Source of the DNA: Takakia lepidozioides
Taxonomy: Eukaryota > Plantae > Bryophyta
Assembly (NCBI GenBank): GCA_030704615.1
Contig: CM060732.1
Location: 37,262,001-37,326,000, forward strand
Length of the DNA stretch: 64,000 nucleotides
Reading direction: 5' to 3'
Shown here: positions 23,560 to 35,890 of the stretch, in pieces
How positions within the stretch are numbered: the stretch's first letter is position 1
Layout: every line of letters begins with the position of its first letter
Made by a program: the position numbers and the translations under genes
The notes under the pieces: model-generated
What the model saw: the letters and a program-made list of their open reading frames with translations, nothing else
Told to the model about the DNA's origin: nothing
The model's database searches: none

Positions 23560-26500
23560 AAACAAGGGCTCCCCACGCTGCCTCTAGAGCTCTCCAGTTT
23601 GACGTTTGCAACAAGGGTTGCTATGGCATGTAACCAAAATAAAAATTGGACATTGTTAACCGTATTTGGATGCGGGTGTCATCATTGTGTGCGAACGGAA
23701 TTCATCCATTTTCGGCGTCTTTGTATTATCCAAGAAATAAAGTGGTAGAAAAAAAGTAGATCCATTGCATGTACTTGTGATATATGTCAGATGTACTTCG
23801 CCGCCTGCTAATACATGGCAGCCTTCTTGCATTCTTTCAAATTCGGAAGTGCCGTAGAAATCTAATGCTAGTTCAATTTCGAGCAGTACTTGCAGATTCG
23901 CAATAATTGTTATGCTTCACATTTGCATCCACGTGTGTTGTACTGCCTACCCTGTGGTTTGTATTTCGCTGTCACCATCGCAATGGGGTCATTCGGTGTA
24001 AAGGGTTGTGTCGGCAATGGTCATGTGTTGCACACATTCATGCGAGGTGTCTCCCGGAGTGTCACTATTTGTGCTGTGCTCTTCTGGCACAACACAACCT
24101 CATTAGATTCGGGGTCTTCCTCTTTACTGCTCTCCAGGGTTGTTGCCGTCTTTCCATAATGGATGGTTTTATGTCATGTTCAGGGTTTGTTTTTCATCCA
24201 CATACAGCACGGCTTCTTGTGGCTTCTTGTCTTAGAAAACAGTTTTTCTGGTTGGTGTCTCTCAGCGTGGTTGTCTGCGAAGTTCGGTGCATGTCATTCC
24301 TACATCCTTTGCATGCATCGCCCGCAGTCTTTGGGTCAGTGCTACCCTTATTGACCTCAGTTTGTTTGGGGTGGATCCCCTTTCGAGAATTACGGGCTAT
24401 CAATTCAGGGATTCCGTTGTGAATCGCAACTTTCGGTCAGTGTAAGAAAACATGTCCAGGGAGCGAGATAGACTCGCTCGATTTCATTCCAGTGCAGGTA
24501 GTCTTCCACTGACTACCACAGCAGATGACGATGGGTTTGCAGTTGTTCATGAGGATGAGCTGGTTACAGTGTTCCCGCTGGAATTGGGTTCTCTGCTTGT
24601 TCAAAAAGAGGTGTATGACGAGGATGGGAATTTAGATTCTGGGCACTTGGAGAAACCATTGGTTGGCGAGTGTGGAAGGAAGTGGAGAGTCCTTCCAGGC
24701 ACATACCGGGTCCTTGGAAAAGAGAGAAGACAATCAGTAGGATCAGTAGCTACCCCTGGCACTGCAGCATCGGTCGTGCAGCAGAAGGGCACAGTTCATG
24801 TGAAACAAGAGATGAATACATCCACTACATTCATGACTCTTTCAGACTCGTCCTCGGAGGATGTTTCTGAGATTCCTCCGCCAGTGCAGACTCCATTCTT
24901 GGATGATGACGAATTGCAGGAGATAACGAGTGTCATTCCGAAATTGAAAGCCCTCGCATGGGTGCCTGGGTGCAAGAGCGAGCTGCGTTTTGTTGATTGG
25001 GAGTCCCTTCGTGTGCAGCGGGCTCAATACGTGCCAGCAGAGTTTGATGGGGACATCTTGTTTGAGCTCAACCCTCCCACATCTTCCAGTGGACTAGCTG
25101 GGCTTCTGCAGGGCATGGACAAGAAACATGACGGACACCCTTGGTGCAGGACAAAAACGTCGAACATCCACAACGACATTGGATTGAAATTTCGAAGATC
25201 GGTTTGCATTGGGCATTGCAAATGCGTGAATATTTCTTGCCCTCGCCTGAGAAACAACGCTAAACCAAACGAAAGTGAGTGGGAAGGTGTGCCCCTGAAT
25301 CCTTTCACCCCAGGGCTTGCCCCTCCCAAGACCAATACTTTTGTATGCAGGTTCTGCAAACTTTCCTCGTCCTGTGTTTATGTGTGCCACGCTCGTATGT
25401 ACCAGGTGGCACACCGATGCAAGACAATGACTCGTGCCTGCATTCATATGGGTATACACGAGCATCTTGTGTCCAAAGGAAGTTGCAGGGATAGCGTGGA
25501 CATCACTAGAAATCTGCTGAAGCGGGAGTTCCACAATGCCCCTTGTGCAACACCTTCTGCTATAGCGCTTGCAGCTAGCAAGGCATTCCTGGAAAAACAC
25601 ATACTGGGTGAAGGGGATGCGACACAACCAATGCTGGATGTAGATTTGCTTGATGCAGTGATGGACCATTTCTCCGTGTTGAGCTCTCCCAATATTCGAA
25701 ACCAAGTGAATGCACTCAGAATGGGCACAAGTACTGCTGGATTCATAGACAACATTATGGACCTCAAACGGAGGAGTCGCTATGAATTCATTCAAAACAG
25801 TATGTTCTCTGGCCAGGGCTCGTCCAAGGTGTATTTGTTCAAGATGTCCACAGTGGGCGAAGGCAGTGGTGTGAGCATTGTCCGCAGAATGCAACCTGGA
25901 GGAGATTTGGCAAAATGTTGGTTAATGTTTGATCACTGCAAACGGGTGAAGGGTTGGACAACCATGGCGTGTCATGTGTACGATCCAGCGTACCAGCGTG
26001 TGCTCTCCATAGCAATTTGTGATATGAAGTCGGAGGACACTGAATCCCAAATGCTCATGTGGAATTCGCTCCTGGCCATCATGCAGCGCAATGGAATACA
26101 AAACACAAATTTTGCGGGCTTCATGGCTGATAGTGCACAGGAAAATTTCAATGCAGTGCGGCGCGTGTTTGGTTCGGGGGATCCTAAGGTCCCAATGGAA
26201 AATAGGGAGCGCACATGCCTCTTCCATTGGAGTCAATCTTTGGCACGTCATACAAAGCGCTACATTCGCCCTGACCTTCAGTTGGAGCACAGAAGGCTCT
26301 GCCTCAAGTACAAAAATGCCACCTCAATGGGAGAAGCTGAGAGCACTTACTAAGCAATCCGGGCTTGGTGGTTCTCCTCTAGTGCTGCTACTGGTATCCA
26401 CCTGAAGGAGTTGGAGGACTGGTTGGTTTTCTGGCACTTCAGGTACAGACAGTGGGGAGCTTTCATGACGACGGTAAGCCTCTTCAATCCCAGAAATAGA

Positions 26501-27194
26501 AATTTCACTTTGCATCGTGCCTGTTCATTTGGGGTTGTTGGATTGTCACTTACAGAACCTCTTCCATTTCCTTTCGTTCCTCACATTTCCATGCGATGCC
26601 TCCTGCAAGACATGTCATTGGAGGACTTGGCCGACATGCCATCCTGTAATTTGGCGGAGACTATTCACAACGCCTGGATGCAGCAGTCTACCAAAGCAGG
26701 ACGTGACTTGTATGTGGCCACTGCTGATGACATGGTGCAGGCACTTACACAACAAACCAGGTACCGCAATTTTCTTATAGGACGGGTTGGAGGCAAGGGC
26801 CCTGATACAACTTTGTTGATGCTAAGGGCTGCGAGTAGGTCCGGAGACCCATCGAAGATGGCCAGAGCTTTGAACAGGTGCATTGAAGGCTCCCCTTTGC
26901 AATCCAGACTCCCCCAAGGAAAAGGAAGGCGAGGAAAGATTTGGATCATGCAAAAGGAAATTGAACACTCCTCCAGGGTCGGATGGAGATTCCCATCGGC
27001 CGGACAGGGTCAATTTCTCTGTACCAAAGGTGTCTCTAGTGCAGACTAAGTCGTGTGCCCGCCCCTTCCTAGGTGGGTCCTCCTCTAGTGGAGCAGGTGC
27101 AGATCATGCAAGCACGGCAGCAGGAATCCCATTGGAGGAGGTGGTGGCCATGGTGCATGAATCTGATTGCATTGATAGTGAGTGGCATATAGAA

Positions 27195-27901
27195 CGCACC
27201 TCCCTTCGATAAGCTCCCCTTCACGTCATAGTTACTCGCTTTGATGCGCGCGCCTGACTCCCAACCTGGCCGCCGGGCCAACTTGGAGCTTCGGCTGCTC
27301 ACCGGGACATAACGGTCCCCCCTTCGCTTCTCCCAAAGAACCCTCCACCGATTTGGAACCAACGGGAATTCCCTTTGGTAGTTGGCAGTCCGGAACAACT
27401 CCCCACTCTTTGGTCGCTTTCCGGCTCGCTCGCTTACTCGCTAGTTTTTGGTCATCAACGGGCTTGCACCGTTCTCGAGGTTACTACTCCCTATATATAC
27501 TTCTGTAGCTGTCCGTGGGGGTTTCACAACCAGCCATGCCATTTTATGGCGAACCACCATGAAGACCCTCGATTCCCGGTGGTGAGTCGCGGTGAGTCTT
27601 GGCCCACTCACCGCGGCCCCAATGGACCGTGATGAGTCCCAAGACTCCCCACGACTCCCACCTCGAGGTCTCCACCCCATGGTGAGTCCTATGTCACCCC
27701 CACTAAGTCCCGCTAAGCTACCACCACCCCTTGTGGAGCCACCCCCACCGCAACCCGATGTGCGGGGCTCCACCTAGTGAGCGCATCCGCCTCCTTGAGT
27801 GCCTTGGGCACTCAAGGGTGCTTCAGCCCCCGTACCTATCGCTACTACTGCCCCCACCACAGGGGCAGCCCCTCTTGTGTCCCGACCCCCCCCTGTCCTC
27901 A
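27195..27901 (-). repeat. 3' LTR, clipped at both ends
   Basis: Near-identical to 33395-~34085. Lacks the first 5 bp (TGTCG) and the last ~18 bp; no adjacent polypurine tract. Confidence 0.92.
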
Positions 27902-28771
27902 TCGACTTGTCCATTTTGTAGAAACGAACATCCAAGTTGTGGCGTCCCACATCAAGGAGTTTGTTTCCGTACCATGGCGTCCCATGGCAAAGAACCAAAC
28001 CCCACACTTGACTCTACTCTCCACTAGCTAGTTCGGCCGACTTCCTCCAAGTCCCGGCCAAGGGTGGAGCCTCTCAAGCTCCTCCCAGTGCACTCTTCTT
28101 GGCCTACTTCAAGGCCAAGGAACGATCCTCCCCGAGGATCGAATCGCCTTACTGCAACAACATTGCTTGCGACCGCTCATGATGCCGCTTTTGGCATCAC
28201 CTTGAGCAAGGGTTCCCCGGAACCCTCTTTGACTAGGAAGAGAACCTTGAACCAACCGTGCGCCCCAATCACTACAATTGGGTCCGCCTTGGAATGCTGG
28301 CCTGAGGTACGAGAACACGCCGAAGCCGCACTACGACTTCGTCCCGAGGCTACACGATTATAGTATGTGAACAGAAGCACGTAGCTTCCGCGTTAGCCCG
28401 CACTGCAAGGCAACCCCCTCGGTAGCGCAGTTATAGTATGCGCACGCGCCAGGTGTGCACTAGCACATGAACTCCCAAAGAAGGCGCAAGTTTCCTTGCC
28501 CTTGGATGGGGGTCACCCGATTTCGGCACTACGCAAACACACGATTAACCCAATTTACCTCTCCCACTTTTATAAGCTAGCATGCATTCTACACACTAGC
28601 CAACCACACCATGCATCACCATTCCAAACAAAATAGGACGCACAACATTTGGAATCCATTTCATTTATAGCACGTTTTGTACAATACAAGTTTTTGCAAT
28701 CGGATTCCTAAGCTAGCTAAGCCGGGCTAAGCATGCATTTCCTCCCCCACGCTCCAAGGTTGATGTCCCCA

Positions 28772-31700
28772 TCAACGCTTCTTCCGCTTTTGAGGTCGCC
28801 CTTCGAAAGCTGCAACCGCCTCGGATGCGTTTCCCATTTCTGAGGCACGCACCCAAGATGCCTCCATATGATGATAGCCCTTCCATTTGACGAGATACTC
28901 CGTTTCTCGGTTCCTGAACCTCCTCGACTTAAGTATTGCCTCCACCTCGTACTCAGGTTCATTTTCATGATCCAACAGCATAGGTGGCGGACGCAACACT
29001 TGATGCCGATTCGGACGCGCTTCATCTTTGAAGTAAGGCTTCAAAAGGGAGACATGGAATACTAGGTGCACTTTGCTGTTTGCCGGCAGCTCCAATTCAT
29101 ACACATCCTTATTCATAACCTTCCGAATGCGAAAGGGTCCCGCATACGGAGGTACGAACTTCGGACTCACTTCCGGAGGTAGTCGGAAATTCTTGATGTT
29201 CGACCAGACCTCTGTGCCTGCATCAAACTTCACTTCCCTCCGCTTCCGATTCGCCTGCCTTTCATACCTTTTCCTAGCTTTGGCAATATTGTACTTTGCG
29301 AGCTTCAACAAACGTTCGCGTTCTTCCAGTACCGCCGCTACTGCCGGTTCCTCAACGTCCTGGGCGGCCCAACTTGTCGGCACCAGAGGTGCTTTTCCAT
29401 AGACCAATACGAAAGGGGAAACTCCCGTTGCGGAGTGTTATGTGTTATTATAACAGAACTCAGCCGCGTCTAAGTGTTCCATCCAGTCTGATTGGTCTGC
29501 CGACACGTAATTCCGCAAGAATTGCTTCACTACGGAATTCACTCTTTCCGTTTGGCCGTCCGTCGTAGGTTGGAAGGCGGTGCTCATCATCAGCCTCGTC
29601 CCCATCTTCTTCCAAAGTGTCCTCCAAAATTTACTCGTAAACTTTGGGTCGCGATCCGAGACAATATCCTTCGGGACTCCATGATGCTTTAAGACGTGGG
29701 CGAAGTAAAGTCACCCTGTCTCCTGCGCCGTTGCCGTCTCCTTGGTGGGGATGAAATGGCCCATTTTACTGAACCTATCCACCACCACCATGATTGCATC
29801 GAATCCTTTTGACAGCGGCATAGCAGTCATGAAATCCATCGAGACGCTTTCCCAAGTCCCCTCTGGAATCGGCAAGGGTTGTAACAGCCCCGCTTGCTTT
29901 TTGTACTCACTCCGGTTTTGTTGGCATGTGGTGCATGTCTTGACATACTCCTCTGCCTCCTCCCTCAGTTTGGGCCAGAAATACTCTTTCTTCAGGAGTG
30001 CCGCAGTGCGCTTGGCTCCGCCGTGGCCCGCAAGCGGGCTATCATGGCATTCTCTCAAGAGGCTGTCTCTGATCCCTCCCTTCGGCACGTAGAGACGCTT
30101 TTGCTTATACCGGAGCAGTCCATTTTGCAAGTGGAACTGCGATTTAACCCCCATCCTCAAGTCCTGCATCACGGACTTCGCCAGCTCATCCTTCTGGTAA
30201 GCCTTCCGGATCTTCCTTTGGAGCGCCGTCTCGCCCTTGTACACCAACAAGAGCTGCTGCTTTCTACTTAAAGCATCGGCCACCACGTTGTCTCGTCCCG
30301 GTTTGTACTGGATATCCACGTCGAACACCGCCAAAGTATCTTGTCACCTAAGTTGTTTTGGGGATAACTTGGGCTGCGTGGCAAAATACTTCACCGTGAC
30401 ATTGTCCGTGAACACCTTCACTGGGTTGGAACCAACATAGTGGCGCCAAAGCTCAAGACAGTGCACCACCGCCTTCATCTCTTTTTCGTGCGTCGGCCAC
30501 CGTCGCTCCACTTCATTCAGTTTCTTACTTTCGTAAGCCACTGGACGTTCATCTTGCATAAGTACACCCCCAATCGCGAAGTCCGACGCATCTGTATGAA
30601 TCTCAAATGGACGATCGAACTCCGGGATTTTCAAGACTGGAGCTTCCGCCATCCGCTGCTTCAATTCAGCAAAAGCTTGGCCACAAAAGGTGTTCCATAC
30701 CCAGACTTTGGATTTACACAGAAGGTCTGACAGCGGCCCCGCAATCTTGGCGAAATTTCTCACATACTTCCGGTAATAGGAGGCGAGTCCTAGGAAGGAT
30801 CGCACTCCCGGGACCAAAGTCGGAGGCTCCCAGTCCAAGATCGCCCTCACCTTTCTGTCATCCATTTTGATCCCATCCTATGTAATCACATGCCCCAAGA
30901 ACTCCACTTTTGTGACCCCGAATTTGCACTTTGAAGTTTTGGCATATAGCATCCCTTCCCGCAATTTTTGGAACACCTTTTTCAGGTGCTCCAGGTGCTC
31001 CTCCTTTGTTTTTGAGTACACCAAGATGTCGTCGATGTACACGATCAAAAAGTCATCCAACCACTCCTGGAAAAGGTTGTTCATCAACGTGCTAAATGTT
31101 GCTGGTGCATTGGTGAGCCCAAAAGGCATCACCAAGAACTCATATGAACCATACCTTGTCTTGCACGCGGTCTTCTCCTCATCTCCTTCCGCCACCCGAA
31201 TTTGGTGATAGCCGTAGCGCAAGTCGATCCGGCTGAAATACTTCGCTCCTGCCAACCGATCGAAGAGGTCGTCGATCCTTGGCAAAGGGTACCGGTTTTT
31301 GATAGTCACCTTATTCAGAGCCTTGTAATCGACACACATCCGCAGCGTCCCATCCTTCTTGTCTGCAAATAGCACCGGGGCTCCGTAAGGTGACTTACTC
31401 GGCCGGATGTACCCCTTTGACATTAGATCCTTGAGCTGAGTCTTCAGCTCGACCAACTCCCTGTGGCTCAACCGGTAGGGTGCCTTGGCAGGCGGTTCCG
31501 ATCCTGGTATCACCTCAATCTTGTGGTCAACTCCTCTTCGCGGTGGCAAGCCGCTTGGTAAATCCTCCGGCATCACATCTTGGTATTTCTCCAAGATCCC
31601 CTTGATCCAATCTGGGCTCGGCTCCCCATCGCCTTTTCCCTTCACTTCTCTAATGTAAAGCAAAAACTGGGGCTCGTGTGCCTCCTCCACGGCCCACTCC

Positions 31701-33334
31701 CTTGCTGACAGAAGGTTTATTCGCCCTCCCACGGATTTGGGCGTTTCCGACACTCTTAAAACCTCGCCACCATTCCCACATGGCAGCGTGACCACTCTCT
31801 TGCGGCCATCTACGACCGCTCTGGATTTGCTCAAAAAGGTCATCCCCAAAATGAGATCCACTCCATCGATCTCGCAGATGGTGAAGTTCTCACGTCCCTC
31901 CCAACTCCCCAGTTGAAGAGGAACATCAAACGCCAACCTTGTCGCCAACTGTGGTTCTCCTTTGGCAGAACGCACCTCAATAGAGGCCCCCACGTCACTT
32001 GTCGGGAGTCCCAACTTTTGCGCCGTCACCGGCGTCATGAAGGAGTGCGACGCTCCTGTGTCCACCAACAACGACACGTTAGTTCCGGATATTATCCCAT
32101 CCACGAACAATAATTGACTCCCTTTACGCAGGGCGCCAGTTTCCTGATACAACTCACAAGAATAGTTGCCTACCTTGCAAGTCCTGGCGACCACCGCTTC
32201 CACCAAGCGACTGATGGTATCTTCCGACAGCTCCGTGGTTGCCCGAGTCATGTTCAATTGACGAGGTTTTGTGCACTTCTTGGCCATGTGCCCGGGCTCC
32301 CCGCAATTGAAACACACTCCATCAAAGGTCGCCTTCTGTCCGCCATAAGCCGCTCCACCCGCTTTTCCTTTCGAAGCACCGGGTGCCGCCTTGACGTGTG
32401 AAGGCCCTCCCTTCGATTTCCACGTGCCATTGTCGCCGCGTGGCCTATCCCACTTCTTTTCCGGTCGGAAGGTGTCACCTTCCTGCCGGGTCTTCTTGTG
32501 GTTCAGCTCCGTACGGCCTTGTCTCTCACCCCTAGGGACATCCGAGAAACATTCAGCCCTCTCAATTGCCTCGTTCAAAGTCTTGGGTGGCTTCTCCTCC
32601 AACTTCCGCCTGGCCCATGGGGCCAGTCCCGCCACAAAGTTGAAGACCATTTTTGGTTCAGCCATGTCCGTGACTTCGAGCAACAGCACATTGAAAGCCT
32701 GGACATACCCCCGAATGTCATCTGTTTGCTTCAAATTCCTCATCTTGTCCCAGGCAAGCCAGGACGCGTTGAGGGGCACAAACTGTCTCTTCATCAATTC
32801 CTTGAACCCACTCCAGTTCAAGGTTTCCGGGCTTGGGCCTCGGTCGTGAAGGCGTTTCTGCCACCATTGTTGAGCATAGCCCCTCAAATAGGTGGGAGCC
32901 ACTTCCACCCGATCCTCGTCACTCAACTTGGCCGCCCGGAAATACTACTCTAGCTCCAGGAGCCAGGTGTTGAGTGCCTTCCGATTTCGGACGCCCTTGA
33001 AGGTGCCGGGTTCCTTAGGCTTCACCTTAAACTTTGCCTTAGTGGAAGTGGCATTAGCCGCCTTCAACACGTCTTTCAACGTCCCGCCAAACTGCGCCAA
33101 CAACCCTTCCCGAAAGGCTGCCGGCATGGGAGGCATCTCTTGGTTTGTCGGAACTCTCAAGGATTCCTCGGGCTCCGACTCCTCGGATTCCTCCCGCTCT
33201 TGAGCGGCCTCGTTTTCGGAAACATGCATCGCTTCCTCAAACGGCCGCCTCGGTGACACGTCGCCCCCATCGGGCTCACCAGGATCATCGTCTTTTGGGC
33301 CGTTCCGCTTTCGCTTCGGCTTGCCCGACCCCAT
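28772..33334 (-). pseudogene. gag-pol polyprotein with chromodomain, broken by nonsense mutations
   Basis: CCHC knuckle [14 protein letters not shown], protease [19 protein letters not shown], RNase H TDASDFAIG, integrase H..H/C..C, GPF motif, chromodomain YEVEAIL..YLVKWKGY. In-frame stops at 32945, 30878, 30344 and 29711. Confidence 0.96.
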
Positions 33335-33389
33335 GATGAGGCCAATCCCAAGGACGATCGCGTACTGAACTCTAAGCTCTGATACCAAG

Positions 33390-34103
33390 TGTCGCGCACC
33401 TCCCTTCGGTAAGTTCCCCTTCACGTCATAGTTACTCGCTTTGATGCGCGCGCCTGACTCCCAACCTGGCCGCCGGGCCAACTTGGAGCTTCGGCTGCTC
33501 ACCGGGACATAACGGTCCCCCCTTCGCTTCTCCCAAAGAACCCTCCACCGATTTGGAACCATCGGGAATTCCCTTTGGTAGTTGGCAGTCCGGAACAGCT
33601 CCCCACTCTTTGGTCGCTTTCCGGCTCGCTCGCTTACTCACTAGTTTTTGGTCACCAACGAGCTTGCACCGTTCTCGGGGTTACTACTCCCTATATATAC
33701 TTCTGTAGCTGTCCGCGGGGGTTTCACAACCAGCCATGCCATTTTATGGCGAACCACCACGAAGACCCTCGATTCCCGGTGGTGAGTCGCGGTGAGTCTT
33801 GGCCCCTCACCGCGGCCCCAATGGACTGTGATGAGTCCCAAGACTCCCCACGACTCCCACCTCGAGGTCTCCACCCCATGGTGAGTCCTATGCCACCCCC
33901 ACTAAGTCCCGCTAAGCTACCACCACCTCTTGTGGAGCCACCCCCACCGCAACCCGATGTGCGGGGCTCCGCCTCCTTGAGTGCCTTGGGCACTCAAGGG
34001 TGCTTCAGCCCCCGTACCTATCGCTGCTACTGCCCCCACCACAGGGGCAGCCCCTCTTGTGTCCCGACCCCCCCCCCTGCCCTCAAGGCAAAGGGCCGCG
34101 ACA
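33390..34103 (-). repeat. 5' LTR (714 bp)
   Basis: TGTCGCG...CGCGACA inverted termini; PBS 2 bp inside. Confidence 0.96.
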
Positions 34104-35401
34104 GTGGTGGCCATGGTGCATGAATCTGATTGCATTGATAGTGAGTGGCATATAGAACGCACCCCACCAGGATCTAGAGTGGCTTGCATGGCAATTTGGA
34201 CCCCCTCTTTCAAGAAATGCAAATAAAAAATATGCAAAGGCTCCAGGGGGACTCCAGCTCCAACATTCACAGGGTTGTTCCGACCTTATCATAGTGGGGA
34301 GTCAAAGAACCACAAGTTTTGGTTCTGCCCAGACGATATGGCACGATCCGTCAAGGGAATAGTTCCTTCGGTGATAATGAAGCCCCCTCCCCCCGCAATT
34401 TGGCCTGTGAAACTTGGGACGTCGCTGTCATCAACCGAGATAAGCATGTTGGAGGAGGGAGGGTTCTGTCTTGCACGGTCCCGGGTGGTGCCCTCATGCA
34501 CTGTCGGCACAGATGTGCCACATGCTCCGGCAATGCCTCCACCCGGTGCCGACTCCCACCCAACAAAAAAAGATGGAAAAACAGTGCGCCGTGTCGCTTC
34601 GGGTACAGATCACGAATGCAAGATGGAATCGGCTAGAATTTTGCAGGCTCGGGTGACTCGTATCACCGAAGTCCCTGCCCCGGGTATGGACGGATTTACA
34701 CAGTGTTGTCTATTGGCTTAGTTCTTCATGGCAAAGAATAACAGGTTACCGTGGGGAATTTCCCTGCGTGCACTTGTCCGGATTTTGTAACGATGCGTGA
34801 GGGCGCTCTCGGCATGAGAGGGAAGTGGGTCCCCTGCAAGCATCAATATTACATATACCTTGTAATTATGTGCTACGACGGTAAGAGAGACCAATTCATT
34901 CACCAAGCCACACTAGGCTACGAAGAAGTCATCACCCTTCTGCAGCGGGACACCTCACGTAGGGCTCCGCCAAATTCTCTTTGAACACATACGAGCCATG
35001 CCCGCTTCCCATGCTGGTTTCCAGGTTACCGTGTGAAGACTTTGCATTCAGGACAAACACATACATTTTGTTCACGGAACCAGGGAAAATGCACATGCCA
35101 TTCATTGTAAGCGTCTATCTGTGAATTGAAATAAAGTGTGTCAATCATTCTGAGCTCAAATCTGCCATATTTTCATATTCATCTTTTTGTGCAGGCATTG
35201 CAGACATGGTGCATGGTGGCCCCTTTTGTTTTGTCCACGGTAATAGGCCCTCTTCCTGCAATCCTCGCCTATAGGACCTGCTTCTCCAGCAGATTTGTGC
35301 CGCTCACGCTTCCCTGAAGCGTGAGCTCAGCTCACACTTTGCAGCTACAACGTGAGCTCAGCTCCCAGGCTCACGGGGCTGGGCTCACGCCGTAGCTACG
35401 C

Positions 35402-35890
35402 TGAGAATCAGCGGCGACATATTCTGGAGAAATTACAAGGACAGATACTGGATACTGAGGAGAGTCGGGACTGTATCCGGGAGAGGACGGAAGGACGGAT
35501 CCCGAGGACTGTTCACTATCTCCTACAGAAATGTCATTATCTGAATCAGACTGAAGATTGCACTCATCACTTTCATCTTTTTCTCTTCCTCTGTTTCCTC
35601 CGTTGTCTCCCGTTGAATAACTCCCTCAAACATTGATTCGTCAGTGCCCGGATTTATGAAGGTTCGCACGTCAGAGCCCACATCTGATATTTTGATTCTC
35701 AGATCTCTTCTTGAAGGTTTTTGTTTTTGATAAAACCAGTGATGCGTCTTGGTTTTCAGCTTCGTTGATGTTTACTGGATTATGTCTCCTTGGCCTCTTA
35801 CAGATGTCGACGACAGTCTCAGAACCATCTTTGGCCACCGTGTGCACTCCTACGCACCTACTTTTTATACTGATAGAACAAAAAATCAAC
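35402..35890 (-). pseudogene. Acidic, low-complexity N-terminal coding fragment; probable 5' part of the element C ParB-like gene
   Basis: A minus-strand frame reads EKDESDECNLQSDSDNDISVGDSEQSSGSVLPSSPGYSPDSPQYPVSVLVISPEYVAADS up to the A boundary. Same strand as 1569-2188, with the C palindrome at 35961. Confidence 0.45.

Larger units (their letters stand above)
27195..34103 (-). mobile_element. Ty3/gypsy LTR retrotransposon, chromovirus
   Basis: Paired LTRs, a tRNA-iMet PBS (TGGTATCAGAG, 33377-33387 minus), and gag-PR-RT-RH-IN-chromodomain order. Confidence 0.97.
24452..34984 (+). pseudogene. Element A MULE-type DDE transposase with GCM-like domain and SWIM finger, split by the Ty3/gypsy insertion
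   Basis: A 633-aa ORF with WLMFDHCKR, FMADSAQ and the CxxH motif CLFHW; in-frame TAA at 26351; then SCNLAETIHNAW (E). The frame resumes after 34103 (FWFC..WPVKLGT) and ends with SWIM CTCPDF..PCKHQYYIY. Collinear with the B transposase. Confidence 0.9.
2173..35401. mobile_element. Element A: large MULE-like DNA transposon (transposase + divergent ParB-MTase gene), interrupted by element B and a Ty3/gypsy element; ends approximate
   Basis: Same two divergent genes as element B, with clear peptide homology. GTGAGC/GCTCAC subterminal repeats at 35300-35400 end in GGCTCACGCCGTAGC, resembling the B end GGCTCATGAAATAGC. The left TIR is not recognisable. Confidence 0.65.

Noticed and set aside
33575-34123. 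Pro-rich ORFs in the LTRs
   Set aside because: GC-rich LTR sequence; the frames are not preserved among the three LTR copies.
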